Of a stretch of DNA of 64,000 bases, positions 23,436 to 36,772 are shown piece by piece. Both the position numbers and the translations under genes were made by a program. This DNA comes from Felis catus (taxonomy: Eukaryota): the NCBI RefSeq assembly GCF_018350175.1, contig NC_058373.1, positions 108,068,001 through 108,132,000 of the forward strand, written 5' to 3'. Positions within the stretch are counted from its first letter, which is position 1, and the number at the start of each line of letters is the position of its first letter. The notes beneath the pieces were generated by a model. It was not told the origin of the DNA, did not search any database, and worked only from the letters and a program-made list of their open reading frames with translations.

Positions 23436-24782
23436 TTAGAAAAACAGAAAAGTAGATCTGGGCGTGCCTTACAAGGTACTTCTGACTCAGAGACAAACCC
23501 CTGTCCCCAACAAGGTCAGGGGTCCTGCCGCCCTCAGTCCCCTTGCTGCCACTTACACCCCTAGCCACCTCCCCACTTCCTGCCCGCCCCGCCCCCCCCC
23601 CCACCCCGAGCCAAATTGTTTCATTCCCCTTTCCTGACAGTCTGGGTGGAATCACTTTGGATTAAGACCTTGAATTAGGTTTTTTACTTTCTTTCTTTTT
23701 TTTTCTTTTCAGCAAGACGAAAAAACCTAAGCATACATAGATGCTCCATCTTTATGAAAGTGAGTTCACCAGAAAGAGAAGGTCAGGAGTTCTGGGCCAT
23801 GAAGAGTAAGAAGGAAGAGGTGGGGAGGAAACCCTTCCAAACGTGAGGAGGGAGAAGCCTTGTCATGCACAGGCTGGACTTTCGTCCGAAAGACACCCAG
23901 GATCCACCCAGTTTCCCTGCATTTTCATGGCAAGGGCAGGAGATGAAAGCAGGCCCCAGGGAAGTTTTGGGGTGAGGCACGTTTAGTCTGGACTCTGGAG
24001 GGTGAGGGGCAGGGGGCGATGAGCATGCTCAGTGTCATATGCAGAAATCACTGTCACTGCGAAAGCTGAGCATCACGCAGGGCCAGGGGAGGATGAAGAA
24101 CCCATAAGGCGGTTACAACCAGCCATGGGCATTTGGCACCCAAAGCAAAGGGATCAAGTCAGTTCTAAACCATTACTCACCAGCACAATGACCTCAATTC
24201 TTGAAACCGGCCCAAGAAAGATTTTCTTTTACAGTATTTATAAAAATTCTAGTCAAAGTGCTGTATTACCATATCTTATTCTTCAAAAAAGGCAAAGGAG
24301 TGCTTAATACCAATGTTCCAACTTTGCTTCCCAGTCAGAAGGAGGCCCGGGGCTCTCATCCAGGCCAGACTGGGCTCCAGGATCCTAACTGGGTCCAGGG
24401 GCAGGGTTGGCTGGAGGAGGAGGGAGCTGGAAACAGAGCTGGTAAGACCCAGGAGCTGTTTGCACAAAGGCAGATTCTCACATGTCTGGATGGCTTAGGT
24501 AGTAGCAAATTAGATGCTCAAAGTCCCTTTCTTATCCCTCTGATTCAGTGAGCTTTATTATCTTATGTAAGTGCCCAAGATACTTTCTCCTTATAAACTA
24601 GGCCCTGGAGAAGCTTGTAAAGATTTTGTGGCACACAAGGTAAAATTCCACTCTGGTTCAAAGTGTACCATTTGTGGAGAGTGAGTCACAATGATTTCCA
24701 GCTTGTCCTGCGAGAAGCTAAAGTTCTGCTTCCCACCTAAAGATGAAATTGAGGGGCTCCTCTAAAGATAACCAGGGTTTTA

Positions 24783-24825
24783 AAGTTTATTTATTTATTT
24801 TTGAGAGAGACAGAGAGATAGAAAT

Positions 24826-24867
<42 letters not shown>

Positions 24868-25037
24868 CACATGAGTGGGGGAGGGGCAGAGAGAGAGAAG
24901 GAGTGAGAGAATCCCAAGCAGGCTCCGCACTAACAGCACAGAGCCCGTGTGAGGCTTGATCTCATGAACTGTGAGACCATAACCTGAGCTGAAATCAAGA
25001 GTCAGACACTTAACTGACTGAGCCACCCAGGTGCCCC
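24783..25037 (-). mobile_element. Can-SINE
   Basis: Antisense SINEC with long (GA)n. Confidence 0.95.
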
Positions 25038-25054
25038 TGAAAATAAACAGTTTT

Positions 25055-25255
25055 AATAATAAAAATACCTATCCTTTATTGAGAGCTTACTAAGTGCCCC
25101 ATTACATGAATTATATCATTTTATTCTCACAAAAACCCTTTGAGGTTACTGAGGTTATTAGTGCCTATTTTACAGATGGGAAAACTGATGCCCCTCAGGG
25201 CCAAATAATTCGTCTTGAGATCACATAGCTAGTAGATGGAATAGTTAATTCCAGG
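25055..25255 (-). mobile_element. MIR
   Basis: tttattgagagcttactaagtgcc...cctattttacagatgggaaaactga...gatcacatagctagta. Confidence 0.9.
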
Positions 25256-25754
25256 GACTAGGCACTATATTTCCTTTCAAAAAGATAGAACAATAGTTTG
25301 ATTAGAATTATTACAGCCAATCACACATAAAGGTGAGTGGGTAAAGATAGCAAGAGAGGCTTTTGACTATAGGGATTTCCTCAGAAAGCATTTGAAATGA
25401 GAGTGTTCAGATCAACATATGGCAGTATGTTTACACATTTAGTGTATGTACCTGTGACCCTCTGCAGTATCCTTTGGCTTAGAAAAGGCCTCCTCAAGTG
25501 TTTGAACTTCCTCTCAGGATGTGCCAGAAACTTGAAAAAAGCAGGTAGAACTCTGAGACTTTGCAGCATACCGAAAAACATGCTTAGGTTACCTTGGAGT
25601 TTGTGGTTTATAAAGGATTATAGTGTCATAAAAGGATCTTCCTCCTCTTGCCAAAGGCTTTTCAGTGTACCCATCTTTGGTTTCAAATCTCAAAAGTCTC
25701 ATTCATTCCTGCAAACTCATTACCTGAGTAACTTCAAACCCTCTTCCTCTACTT

Positions 25755-26295
25755 GTTTCCAAGATGGTTGCCATGAAGTCCTTCCCTCCCTACTGGCTCA
25801 TGCCATCCCAATCAAGCGGCAGGGTCTAGTCCTTCATTCCTCTTGAATATGCATGAGTCTTAGCGACTTGTGTAACCAATAGAAAGCAGTGGAATTGACC
25901 TCTGGCTTTCAGGTCTTGAAGAAGCAAGAAACCTTGCTGCTTCCCTCTGAGACCCTTAGAGTAATAGCTCTTGAAAGTGAGTTGCCATGTAATGAGTGTG
26001 ATTATTCTGAGACTACCATTCTGCGAGACGCCCAACCCACGTTGAGAGGCCCTGGAGGAGAAAAGGATGTGAAGGAGCACCCAGGCACCACACATGTGGG
26101 TAAAACAGCCATCCTAGAAGTAGAGCCTCCAGTCCTAGCCACCACCACTGACACCACGTGGATAGAAGCCAGACTGGCCAGCTAGCCCTTCTTGAAACCT
26201 TGAGTCACAAAATCATGGGGCAAAATAAAATGGCTGTTTTAAGACATTCAGTTTGGGGATCATGTTTTATGTAGGAACAATTAAATTGCAACGAA
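25755..26295 (+). mobile_element. MaLR solo LTR (MLT1H-like)
   Basis: accaatagaaagcagtggaa, gccatgtaatgagt, cacaaaatcatggggcaaaataaaatggctgttttaagac. Confidence 0.85.
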
Positions 26296-26409
26296 CAATT
26301 AAACATTCTCAAGGCTCTCTTGGCTTAAAAAACAGCAATGTAACAAAAAAGCACTACACCCCCACCCTGCCCCACCAGTTACTACTCTGTCTCCTTCCTC
26401 CGTTCATAT

Positions 26410-26800
26410 CTAAACTCCTTGAGTAGGTCTTCAACAGATTTCTCTTCCTTCTCACTTCCCACTCCTCCACCTACTTTCATCAAGTTTCTCTCCTCTTCTA
26501 AAACTGCAAACGATCCTAATGCCTTGTTAGTGCTAACACCTTTCTTACTTGGCTTCCCTGCTTTCTCTGACATTTGTCTACTTCCCCTAGGAAACACCCC
26601 CGTCCCCTGGGCTTCTTCTTTCTTGTTGATCCTTACTTCTCAGCCTCCTCCTTCTTCCTCTGCTGGCATCTTAAAGGGATTGGGTTCCCCAGGATTCTGT
26701 CTTCAACGCTCTTCTCGTACTACACTCTCTCCCTGATTGTCAGAAGTTCCGTACAGATGATGTCATGTTTATTAAATCTACCAGAGGGTATCGGAAGGCC
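26410..26800 (+). mobile_element. L2 ORF2 RT fragment
   Basis: gttccccaggattctgtcttcaacgctcttctc (VPQDSVFNALL) matches GVPQGSVLGPLLF motif; pyrimidine-rich strand. Confidence 0.65.
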
Positions 26801-26835
26801 AAAGTTAAATTTTAATATTTAAGAAACAGGATATC

Positions 26836-27255
26836 GCAATAGCCAGGAGGTGGAAGCAACACAAATTTCCAGCAGATGAATAGATCAATAAAATGTGATA
26901 TGTACCTACAATAAAGTATTAGTCAGCCTTAAAAAGGAAGGAAATCCTGTCAGCCGTTACGGCATGAAAGAACTTTAAGGACGTTATGCTAAGTGGTATA
27001 AGCCAGTCACAAAAAGACAAATACTAGATGATTCCATTTATATGAGGGATCTAAAGCACCGACATTCATAGAAATAGAAAGTACAGTGGTAGCTACCAGT
27101 GGCTGGGTAGAGGGAACGAAGGGGAGTTGTCATTTAATGAGTACAGAATTTCAGTTTTGCAAGATGAAAACGTTCTGGCGATTTGTTTCACAACAGTGTG
27201 AACTATCCTATGGAACTGTACACTTTATAAATGGTTAAGATTGTAAATTTTACAT
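26836..27255 (+). mobile_element. L1MB-like 3' end
   Basis: cagccttaaaaaggaaggaaatcctgtca...agccagtcacaaaaagacaaatac...tttcagttttgcaagatgaaaa. Confidence 0.9.
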
Positions 27256-28222
27256 CGTTACCCCAATAAAAACAAACAAGATAACCCTGTAAGAAAGTGA
27301 CCAGTTGAATATGTTTTTAATAATTGTAATTTTTAGAATGTCAATAAATACACTGTTCTTCAAAAACAGGGATACAATTATGGCCCACCAAGAAATAGCC
27401 TTAAACCTTAGGATGAAGCAGCATTTTCTGTAAGCCTGACATTTCCTCATTGGAAGAGGATAACATCCTGTGTCCATGCTTCATGAGGTTCATAGAATGA
27501 TAAGGCTGGAGACACAGATGATGTTGCTCTACTCTGTTGTGTCCCAAAGTCCACTGTAGTTCCAGAGTCCAAACATCAGACCATGTGATGGAAGAAGGGT
27601 AGGTCCTACGGATTTCCTTGCCTTCCCAATTTGCCCACCAGCTCTCTCCTTTTCCTGTCCCACATTATCTTTGCTGAAGGAATAGGTAGCAGAGGAGAGG
27701 ATGGAACAGAAACAGAAAGACCAATGAAAACAATAAGAGCAAACTTGAAGAGTTGATATTTCTAGAGGGAAGTTTCCGTCAAAAATACAATCAGTTACCT
27801 TCTGAAAACATGAAAGAATACTGTACAATTGTGAAATATTTGCAACCAACTGACATTAACTTGGGAAGTCTTTAACTTCATGGGCTCTGTGTTTTATATT
27901 TGTCCTTTTGAAAGCAAGAAAACATGAAACAGGGGCTTAGAATTTCCGAAAAATTCTATCAGTTTTTTTGTGAATACATATAAGACGACCAGACTCTCAA
28001 AAGACCCAAAGCAATTCTTATCAGAATTGTTTGATGCCAAAGTCCTAGGACCTGGGTATTCAGCAAAGCAAAGAAAAATATGATAAAGAAAGAATTAAGA
28101 GCAGTACATAAAGGATAACACATTTATTAGCTATTCTAGCCAAAAGCTTTCAAATGAACAGTATCAGAGCACTGTGGGAATCTGGGGAATTGTATCCAAA
28201 AAGTTTGAAGACTGCTCATTTC

Positions 28223-28346
28223 AGGGTGATTGGGTGGCCCCGTTGGTTAGGGGCCCAACTCTTGATTTCAGCTCAGGTCATGATCTCACAGTCATGAGAC
28301 AGAGCCCTGTGAGACTGAGCTCCCATTCAGCATGGAGCCTGCTTAG

Positions 28347-28407
<61 letters not shown>

Positions 28408-28470
28408 TCCCTCTGCTTCTCTCCCCTGCTATTGCTCCCTCTCTCTCTAAAATTAAAAAAAAAGTATAAA
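28223..28470 (+). mobile_element. Can-SINE with (CT)n expansion
   Basis: SINEC head and (CT)n of about 26 units. Confidence 0.92.
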
Positions 28471-29254
28471 AAATTTCTGCTCTTTTGTATCCTTCTTCTT
28501 TCAAGCAGCATGGGATTAAATCAACTTAACAAACACATGTTTTGTGATAATCACAGACTAATGACCTCAGAAGTTAGTAGCTGCCCATAAGATATGTTAC
28601 AAATAACTAAAATGGTGAGGCAAAGATCAAGAACATGATCCAGGATAATTCACAGTTAGTTCTGGTTACCTCTACCTATAAAGCTATAAGATTACTGCTC
28701 ACCTTGTCCCTGACGCTTTCTTGTGTTAAATTAAACACATTCTTGATTCAACAGCATCAGTTTTCTCTGCACGGCAAACAAGAAGAGGCTTAGATTTGTA
28801 TACTACATCACAGTCTTGATCACTAAAAGGCAGAAGACAATGTACATAGATTTTTTTCCCTGCCAATTCTGAGCACACACTTCCTTTCTCATTTTTCTCA
28901 TTAAGGTTAACAAAGACTTGGTACTTAGTTGAAGGAGAGAAGGGCTTTTTGCCAATACATCCATGCAGCCATACCAAATTTGAAACCATTCCAAGACATA
29001 AAGTTTATGAGTGCTAGGACATTCGAGCTGTTCTTCTACCCACCTACCCAAGTTCCCTTACTCTGCCTCACTTCCAGGAACCCTCTTGTGGTGCATGGAT
29101 GTCCGATAAAAGTCTGTAACTGGTGAATTACATTATAACTTCTCAAATTTTCAAAGCAAAATTATCTAAAGACTTCATAGTGATTTGCCTCTTTCCATAT
29201 GATTATGAATTGAAATACAATTTTGCACTCAATCTTTTTTGAAGATTATATATC

Positions 29255-29470
29255 AACAGTACTCATACTGAGCATCTATTTTGCCTCTGATACTATATGC
29301 TTTGTATACATTTTCTAATTAACCCTCATATTAAAGAAAAATATTTATAGATGAGAAAAACAAAGCCAAAAAAGTTTAAGGAGCTCATCCAAATTCACAG
29401 AGCAAGCAGAAGGTAGAGCCAGGGCTCTAAACTAAACTGTCTGATGCTAATATCCATACTTCTGGCTACA
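29255..29470 (-). mobile_element. MIR
   Basis: tactgagcatctatt...tttatagatgagaaaa...ccaaattcacagagcaagcagaaggtagagccaggg. Confidence 0.8.
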
Positions 29471-29690
29471 CAGTTAGAATTGTTCTGTATGGATTATAAA
29501 GAAAATTATATACACAAAATGAATCTAGAAATTTTAGACTTTACCCAGTGTCTAATTTGGTTGCTACTGGCAGACAGAGACACTGACTGACATGATCTGA
29601 TTTTTTAAAACTACTTCTGCCAGTGGAATCAGGTTACCACTTCCTTCAACATTTTGCATTTAATCCTACCCATGAGTCACATACCCCGCC

Positions 29691-30252
29691 TGTGGTGTGA
29701 ACAGTTTTATACGTCAACTTGGCTGGGCCATGGTACTAGATCAAACATTATTCTGGATGTTTCTGTGAGGGTGTTTTTGAATGACATTAACATGTAAATT
29801 GGTGGGCTTTGAGGCCAGAAGATTACCTTCTGTAATATTGTCCTCTCCAATCAGTTGAAGGCCCAAACAGAACACAAGATTGACCTCCACCAAGCAAGGG
29901 AATTCTGCCAGCAGATAGCCTTCAGACCTGAACTTCAGACTTTGAACTTGCAGCCTCCATAATTTTCATGAGCCAATTCTTTAAAATAAATCTTACTCTG
30001 GGGCGCCTGGGTGGCGCAGTCGGTTAAGCGTCCGACTTCAGCCAGGTCACGATCTCGCGGTCCGGGAGTTCGAGCCCCGCGTCGGGCTCTGGGCTGATGG
30101 CTCAGAGCCTGGATCCTGTTTCCGATTCTGTGTCTCCCTCTCTCTCTGCCCCTCCCCCGTTCATGCTTTGTCTCTCTCTGTCCCAAAAATAAATAAACGT
30201 TGAAAAAAAAATTAAAAAAAATAAAATAAATCTTACTCTCTCTCACTCTCCT
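29691..30252 (+). mobile_element. ERVL MLT2D-like LTR split by a young SINE
   Basis: ttttatacgtcaacttggctgggcca...tcaaacattattctggatgtttctgtgagggtgttttt...tgagccaattctttaaaataaatct. Confidence 0.88.
30000..30222 (+). mobile_element. Young felid SINE (SINEC_Fc1-type)
   Basis: CpG-rich consensus-like copy; perfect 17-bp TSD aaaataaatcttactct at 29983 and 30223. Confidence 0.97.
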
Positions 30253-30469
30253 TCTCCAGGGAATAGAAGTGAATATTGATGACAGTAACAACCCACCAAA
30301 CAAAGAAGGCTAAGTAAATGGCTAGGAGTCAGGGAAAGGGAAGACTTGTTTTTTACTATATATCTTTTCTTATCTTTTAAATTTTGCAATATATAGATAT
30401 ATTACATACTCAAAACAATAAATAATAGTAAAAATATTAAAATGAAACCACTGTGACAAACAGGTCCCT

Positions 30470-31225
30470 ATAGTCCACTATTGTCCTTCTTTTTGGCTGC
30501 CCAGCATCTAAACCAGTCCCATTATGGAGAAGAGCTAACCTCCCACTGTAGAAACTGATTATGCCAGATGCTCACTTTTACTGCCTTCTCTGCTGCTAGG
30601 ACGTTGGCACATGACCAGGGTTCTGCCAATCACATGCAGTTTCCCTAGACCTTAAATTGGAAAACTATAGATGTACAAAGAGGAAACCAAACCAAATCCT
30701 TTCTGGCAATGGGTGATGGCAGGAATGGTAAGTATGTCTAGTTCCAAAGTCAGCCAGGAAAGTAGCAACATCCAGGGTCCAATGCTGGTGATCCTAGAAA
30801 GACCATATACAATGCCTTCCACCCAGCAACAGTGACAGGGGGTGCTCATAGAACTAGTTCCATGACATGATTTTCAACATTGTTTTGGATGTGTGTCCTC
30901 TAAACCTGATTCTTACCCCTTCCAGAGACTTTAGAAACTACCCAATATCCTTTTTTCTAAAGTTTATTTATTTATTTTGAGAGATAGAGAGAGCGCGTGA
31001 GCAGGGGAGGGGCAGAGGGAGAGGGAGAGACAGAATCCCAGTTTATGCAGGACTTGAACCCATGAACCGTGAGATCCTGACCTGAGCTAAAATCAAGAGT
31101 TGGAGGCTTAACTGACTGAGCCACCCAGGCACTCCCAATATCCATTTATTAAAAATTCCATTTTCTGCTTAAATTAGCCAGACTTTGGTATCTTTTGCTT
31201 GCAGCTAAGAACTCTGACTGGTACA
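30470..31225 (+). mobile_element. ERVL LTR33-like solo LTR, interrupted by a SINE
   Basis: tttttggctgcccagcatct, ggcacatgacc...gccaatca, ttttctgcttaaattagccaga...ctctgactggtaca. Confidence 0.75.
30951..31134 (-). mobile_element. Can-SINE, internally deleted
   Basis: TSD cccaatatcc at 30941 and 31134. Confidence 0.92.
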
Positions 31226-32044
31226 ACGCCTACATTTTGGCTTGTTATTTCAAGAAAGAATACTTATAAGACCTAGATGAAGTGCTCAGTAACTTTAAAT
31301 TAAGAGAAAAAGAAAGAAATGTGAAGGACTGGCTAAATAAGTAAACAGTGGTGTAACTCCTTTACCAATTCTACATGCATAAAGCTTTTTGGAGCTGACT
31401 GCTTGTCATTGCCTAGAACAAGGGCTGAAAGGTCAACATGGGTTTTCAGCTATTTGAAGTGCCTGAAAATTAAAGTTGGCTTGACAAAGATTTAGATATT
31501 AAGATTGTCTTAGGTTTTGCGTTAATTAAGTAAGATATTGGGAAAGTGAGGTCATCAGGAAAAACTGAGAAAAAGCTGTATTGAAGTCAGGAGACCCAGA
31601 TTCTAGTTTGGGGCTATATTAAACAGAGATTATTAGATCTCTGTTTTCTCATATTAATCAGACGATTGCTTTGATTCCTTCATCAGTTGTATGCTGTACT
31701 TCTAAATTGTTAAAACCCATGGTGAATTCTGTTCCAAATTGGTCAAGCAGCTCAAAACAGCGCCAGACAGATAGAGTCAGACTGAATTACCCTGTATTTA
31801 AGTTCTCTGTACTTAAGGCTCTTTCACTAAAATGTGTATTTAGAAATAGTGCTAACAACCAGAAAAAGAGGTCATCTATTGTCTTCTGTTCGCTCTGACC
31901 AATAAATTCATCTGTAAGCCACAACCTTTCTCCTATTGCTTTATATTTTCTTAAGCTCAAAAGCTAGAAATCTAGTGACCAGAGCTGCATAAGAGACAAC
32001 TCATCAACCAGGAATATTGGCTGGTTACGTTTGTTTTATATATG

Positions 32045-32642
32045 CGTTATTCATAATTGCAAAACTTGGAAGCAGGTGTCCTTCAGCAGGTTAATGAATA
32101 AACTGTGATACATCCAGACAATGGAATATTATTTAGTGCTGATAAGAATTGAGCTATAAGCCATGGAGGAACCCTACATCTATATTAGTAAGTGAAGGAA
32201 GCCAATCTTAAAAGACTATATACCGTATGATTCCACCTATATCACATTTTGGAAAAGGCTAAACTATAGAGAGAATAAGATCAGTGATTGCCAGGAGTGG
32301 GGGTAGGGGGATGATTAGGAGGAGCATGATGGAATGTTAGGACAGAAATATCCTTGAATGATACTACAGTGATGGATATGATGGATATATGTCATTATAC
32401 ATTTGTCCAAACCCATAGAATGTACATCAAGAGTGAACTCTGATGTAAACTATGGACTTTGGGTGATGATAGGTCAATGTTGACTCATCTTATAACAAAT
32501 GTACCATGCTGGTATGAATGTTGATAACAATGGAGGCTGTGCATATATGGGGATACAGGATATAGAGGAAATCTCTGTATCTTCTGCTCAATATTTCTGT
32601 GAACCTAAAACTGCCCTAAAAATATAAAGTCTGTTAAAAACA
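32045..32642 (+). mobile_element. L1MC1-like 3' end
   Basis: gtcattatacatttgtccaaacccatagaatgtaca...gtaaactatggactttgggtgat...gaacctaaaactg. Confidence 0.92.
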
Positions 32643-33524
32643 AACGAAAGAGGCAAACAAGATTCATTAACCACAGTGATTAGCTAATTATGTCTGTTTT
32701 CAAGCTGATTGATATGAAGAAGAGGCTACCTACTATCCTACTCAGTGCTCAGCAGACAGGGGAAAAGATGCATTTTGAGGCTGATACAGGCACACAAACT
32801 ATTCCCAAGTACCGGGGGTTGGGGGTGTGTGTGGAAATAGAGTGCTTAGCTTTAGGAGAAAGTCTATGCTCTTATGCAGTTAGACATATCACTCCACCCT
32901 CAGCCTTATTTTTATTTTTTTAATGAAATATATAATCTCTTTATTAGAAATCTTGGAAGGAGTTCAGAATTGAATCTCCTCCTAGTTAATTTAATTTAAG
33001 TGCTTTGTAGAAACCTTTTAATCACCCCCCACCACCACCAATTGTACACAGCTGTGGAATAGTAAGGCTCTATTTAGAGTTCAAAACAACCTCTTTCTTG
33101 TTGCTGACTCAGATTTCTAAAAATTACAGTCTGTGGCTGAGGAGACTCATTTCTCGCAATGAGGAGAAATTCAAATTTGGAGAAATCTGGAGAAAACTAT
33201 GTTCCTGGCCAAAGAGAGGTCCTTGTTCAGATGATGAGTTAGGCAAAGTTTGTCTTCCAGGTTCCAACTTCTTTTTTTATTTCTTTTCCCCTGAACCCTT
33301 AGATAATCCTTGCCATCTCTTCATAAGACATGCTCCCGGAAAAGGATTAGACAAAACATATTTACATTTATTTGAAGAGTAGTCTGGGGCCTACTCTTCA
33401 ATCCACTGTAATCTGGCTCGGGTGCCACTGACTCTCATTGAAATTTCTCTTATTGAGGCCACCAATATGCTCCCAACTTCCCTTATCTAATGGATACTCA
33501 GTCCTATTCTTACTAAACTTCTGT

Positions 33525-34036
33525 AGGAAAAAGACAGTGAAAATTGCTATTTTCCCATCTTTCTTGCTAGCACCTGTTTATTTGCCCAGCCCTGAGCAAT
33601 GAGTCATGCCTGATCTAATCCAGTCATGGCAAACCCTTTCACTTTGCCAATGATTGATCTAGGAATTGGAAAGAGCCTTGGTCAGTGAGACATAAGAGAA
33701 ACTTGATGGTTCTCCCAGGAAACATTGTGTTCCTTGAGTGAGAATGAAGCACACAAAAAGAAATTGTCTCCACTTATTGTCTCCACTTCCCTTGCTTTCT
33801 GCTTAGGATGCTCTCAGCTACTTGACATGCCCAGTCTGTGACCCTATGGGAAACATTTGACACACTGAAGGTGGCAGAGCAGAAAGATGGGAAGTGGCTT
33901 GGTTCCTCCATGACATTGCTGGGTCACAAAACCCATGTAGACATCACCTACTTCAGACTTCTTGATAGGTCATTTATAATGACATTAGTCACTTTTATTC
34001 TACTACTTGCAGCCAAGTGTATCATAATTAACACAC
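33525..34036 (+). mobile_element. MaLR solo LTR (MLT1K/L-like)
   Basis: ttgcccagccc...gagtcatg..tgatctaatccagtcatggc, ggtggcagagcagaaagatgggaag, ctacttgcagccaagtgtatc. Confidence 0.7.
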
Positions 34037-34181
34037 AATTTCTCTGTAGCACTTGATATTATAGACCACTTTTCTTTTAAAAACTCTTTTCTCCATGATC
34101 CCAGTCAGCTTGGGTTTTCATCTATGTACTTCCCTTCCTTCACATGTTCCTCAAACATAGGTACTTCCCAAAAGATCAATC

Positions 34182-34211
34182 TTTTTTTATGTTTTATTTA
34201 TTTTTGAGAGA

Positions 34212-34246
<35 letters not shown>

Positions 34247-34426
34247 GGAATATGAGAGCACGAGAGCAGGAAAGAGGCAGAGAGAGAAGGAGACACAGAA
34301 TCCTAAGCAGGCTCCAGGCTCTGAGCTGTCAGCACAGAGCCCCATGTGAGGCTCAATCTCACGAACCATGAGATCATGACCTGAGGCAAAGTTGGATGCT
34401 TAACCAACTGAGACACCCAGACACCC
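34182..34426 (-). mobile_element. Can-SINE
   Basis: TSD caaaagatca(a/g)tctt at 34169 and 34429. Confidence 0.95.
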
Positions 34427-35964
34427 TGCAAAAGATCAGTCTTCAGCCTCTTCTCTGCTTACTCCATGGAGGAAAGCTCCTGCACCTGCTGCTCTGATTA
34501 TCACCCATGTTCTGACACTCTCAGTCAGACCTCTCTCCCAGGTTCTGTCTGAAGATGTTTAAAACCAAATTCATTTTCCTCTGCAGACATGGTCCTCCTC
34601 CTATATTCCTCACCTCAGTCAATGCTACAGCCTCTATCCAGTCACCCAAGACAAAAATGTGGGCATCACTCTAATCTCTCCTCCTCAGTTATTCATACCC
34701 GGTCCCAGACTTCACATGGCAAGTCGGCTACCATGTCATGCTCAGAACCTCCTAAACACTTTTAGAAAACCTCCACTTCTACCTCATTCATTCATACTTT
34801 CTCACCTCTTGCTAAAACCATCGCACGGGCCCCCCCCTTAACTCATTCTCTAGTCTTGTCTCCTTCAATCCAATCCTCTGCACTGCCTCAAGGATGATTT
34901 TTCTGTAGAGGAAATAGTAAAGGACTACTGCTCCACTTAATCTTTCATTGACTCCTTAGAATGGCATTCAAGGCCCTTTATAATTTGACCTCAGAGTACT
35001 CTTCTAGCTTCATATTCTCTGGATATGATCTGATGAAGGGCCCTTTTTTTTCCCTGTAAAGTCTAATTTCTACACTCACTTCTACTTTATCCACCTGGTT
35101 CACCCTCACTTATTTTAAGTTCAGGTATTATATCAACTGTGAAGGGTCTTTCTTTATTCTTACCACTCCCCTTCCCTTCTTCTATCCTCCAAGAAGTTAG
35201 ATATTCCCCCACAGTATCTTATAATACCTCTCCCATGGTATGTATCAACCAATTCTGGAGTCCTTGAATACTTTGTGTCCAATCTCCAATTAGATTCTGA
35301 GCACCTTGGGGACTGTCTTGTTCATGTTTGTTACTCCAATGTCTAACAAACTACTAACAGATATTAACAGCAAATGTTTAATGAGGGAGGACGTAATGAA
35401 TTACTGATGTTCTCTCAGGGCATTTGCATTTTACCAGAAAAGGAGACACAACAACAAACTGCCAAGCCATAAAATGAAAATTTGAATTATTTGATGTATC
35501 ATCTTAGGGTCTAGCGGGAAGATACTTTCCTGATGCTGGTAAATCACACTACATAGACAGCTACTAATCTACAATAATGTTCCTGTCTTGCCTCTTGCAT
35601 AAATTTCCTTCCAGAAAATGTCAGAAAATTTGGCTTTTCAATAAGGTACTTCAAAGACTGTAAATTGTCTAAAATTAATTACAGCCTTTAGTGAACATAC
35701 TGTAGTGTTTTTGATGTGGTAATTATTCCTTTAAGAAACCTATGTAAAAACATGTAGTTCTTTTTAAAAGATGAATTCAGAAATTTTATGGAATCCACCT
35801 GCAATATGTACGGACAAGAGGATGACTTTAATCATGCTGTACACTTAAGATCCGGTTGTAGGTAACTACCTATAATTGTTAGGTTGAGTTTACATACTGT
35901 ATTTAACATCATCTGAGCAGATTCAGTCCATTTTAAAATGTGGTCATCATTAATGCAGTACATC

Positions 35965-36430
35965 ATCCATTGGATCTTCTCCATTTGCCTGATTCAGATC
36001 TATTCTCTACCTTGTTCTGTGGCCCTAGGAGGCTGACCTCTGAGCACTCTACCAACTTGGCTCCTTGGCTCTCTGGTTTCTGATGGAGTTTGACCAATGA
36101 ACATCACAAGCAGAAGATCAGAAGAAGGAAGGAGTGACAGATTTCTTCCACCCTGCCTGGTCATGGCCTGACAATAGTTATAGTCCTCAACCACATGCCA
36201 CAGCTCCTGTGGGTAGACTTCTCCAGACACTTGTAACCTTCTCTTCCTCTTGCCTCTGGTCCTAGGAATAAAAACAGCACCCTGCTGTTGCTAGGATGGG
36301 GAGTTTCCATTGTCCCCTATTGATTTCCCTCAACCCTGCCTTCACCCGTTTGTATACTCCCTTCATTGACCTCTCTTCATTCATCCAGTTTGAATGCCAT
36401 TTGTTTCCTGCCAGGCCCTTGGCCAATACA
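35965..36430 (+). mobile_element. ERVL LTR41-like solo LTR
   Basis: ggaggctgacctct, gtttgaccaatg...gcagaagatcaga, gccatttgtttcctgccaggccct...aataca. Confidence 0.75.
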
Positions 36431-36567
36431 TATTATCAGGAGGTTTGAGGAAGTAATCATTAATCTACTTACACCATCACCTACAACTCTCACTTTTGCT
36501 CAAACCATATCCACCTGTGGGCACAAAAGGGTCCCAACCAATAACAGCAAGAGAACAGTATTTTGTA

Positions 36568-36772
36568 TTTTCTTTAATGTTTATTTATAGAGACAAAGAC
36601 AGAGTATGAGTGGAGGAGGGACAGCGAGAAGGAGACACAGAATCCAAAGCAGGCTCCAGGCTCCAAGTTGTCAGCACAGAGCCTGACATGGGGCTTGAAC
36701 TCACGAACTGAGTTGAGTTCATGACCTGAGCCAAACTCAGACACTTAACTGACTGAGCTACCCAAGTGCCCC
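36568..36772 (-). mobile_element. Can-SINE
   Basis: Antisense SINEC ending cccaagtgcccc. Confidence 0.94.

Larger units (their letters stand above)
33400..35400 (+). mobile_element. L2 remnant interrupted by an MLT1 LTR and a SINE
   Basis: tctcttattgaggccaccaat, ccagtcacccaagac, gaatggcattcaaggccctttataattt, gactgtcttgttcatgtttg. Confidence 0.75.

Noticed and set aside
30000..30090. tRNA-like A-box/B-box sequence
   Set aside because: tRNA-derived SINE head followed by CT region, A tail and TSD; not a tRNA gene.
33763..33788. Short tandem duplications (attgtctccactt x2; similar near 3714, 29920, 55036, 61653)
   Set aside because: Ordinary slippage duplications inside decayed repeats.
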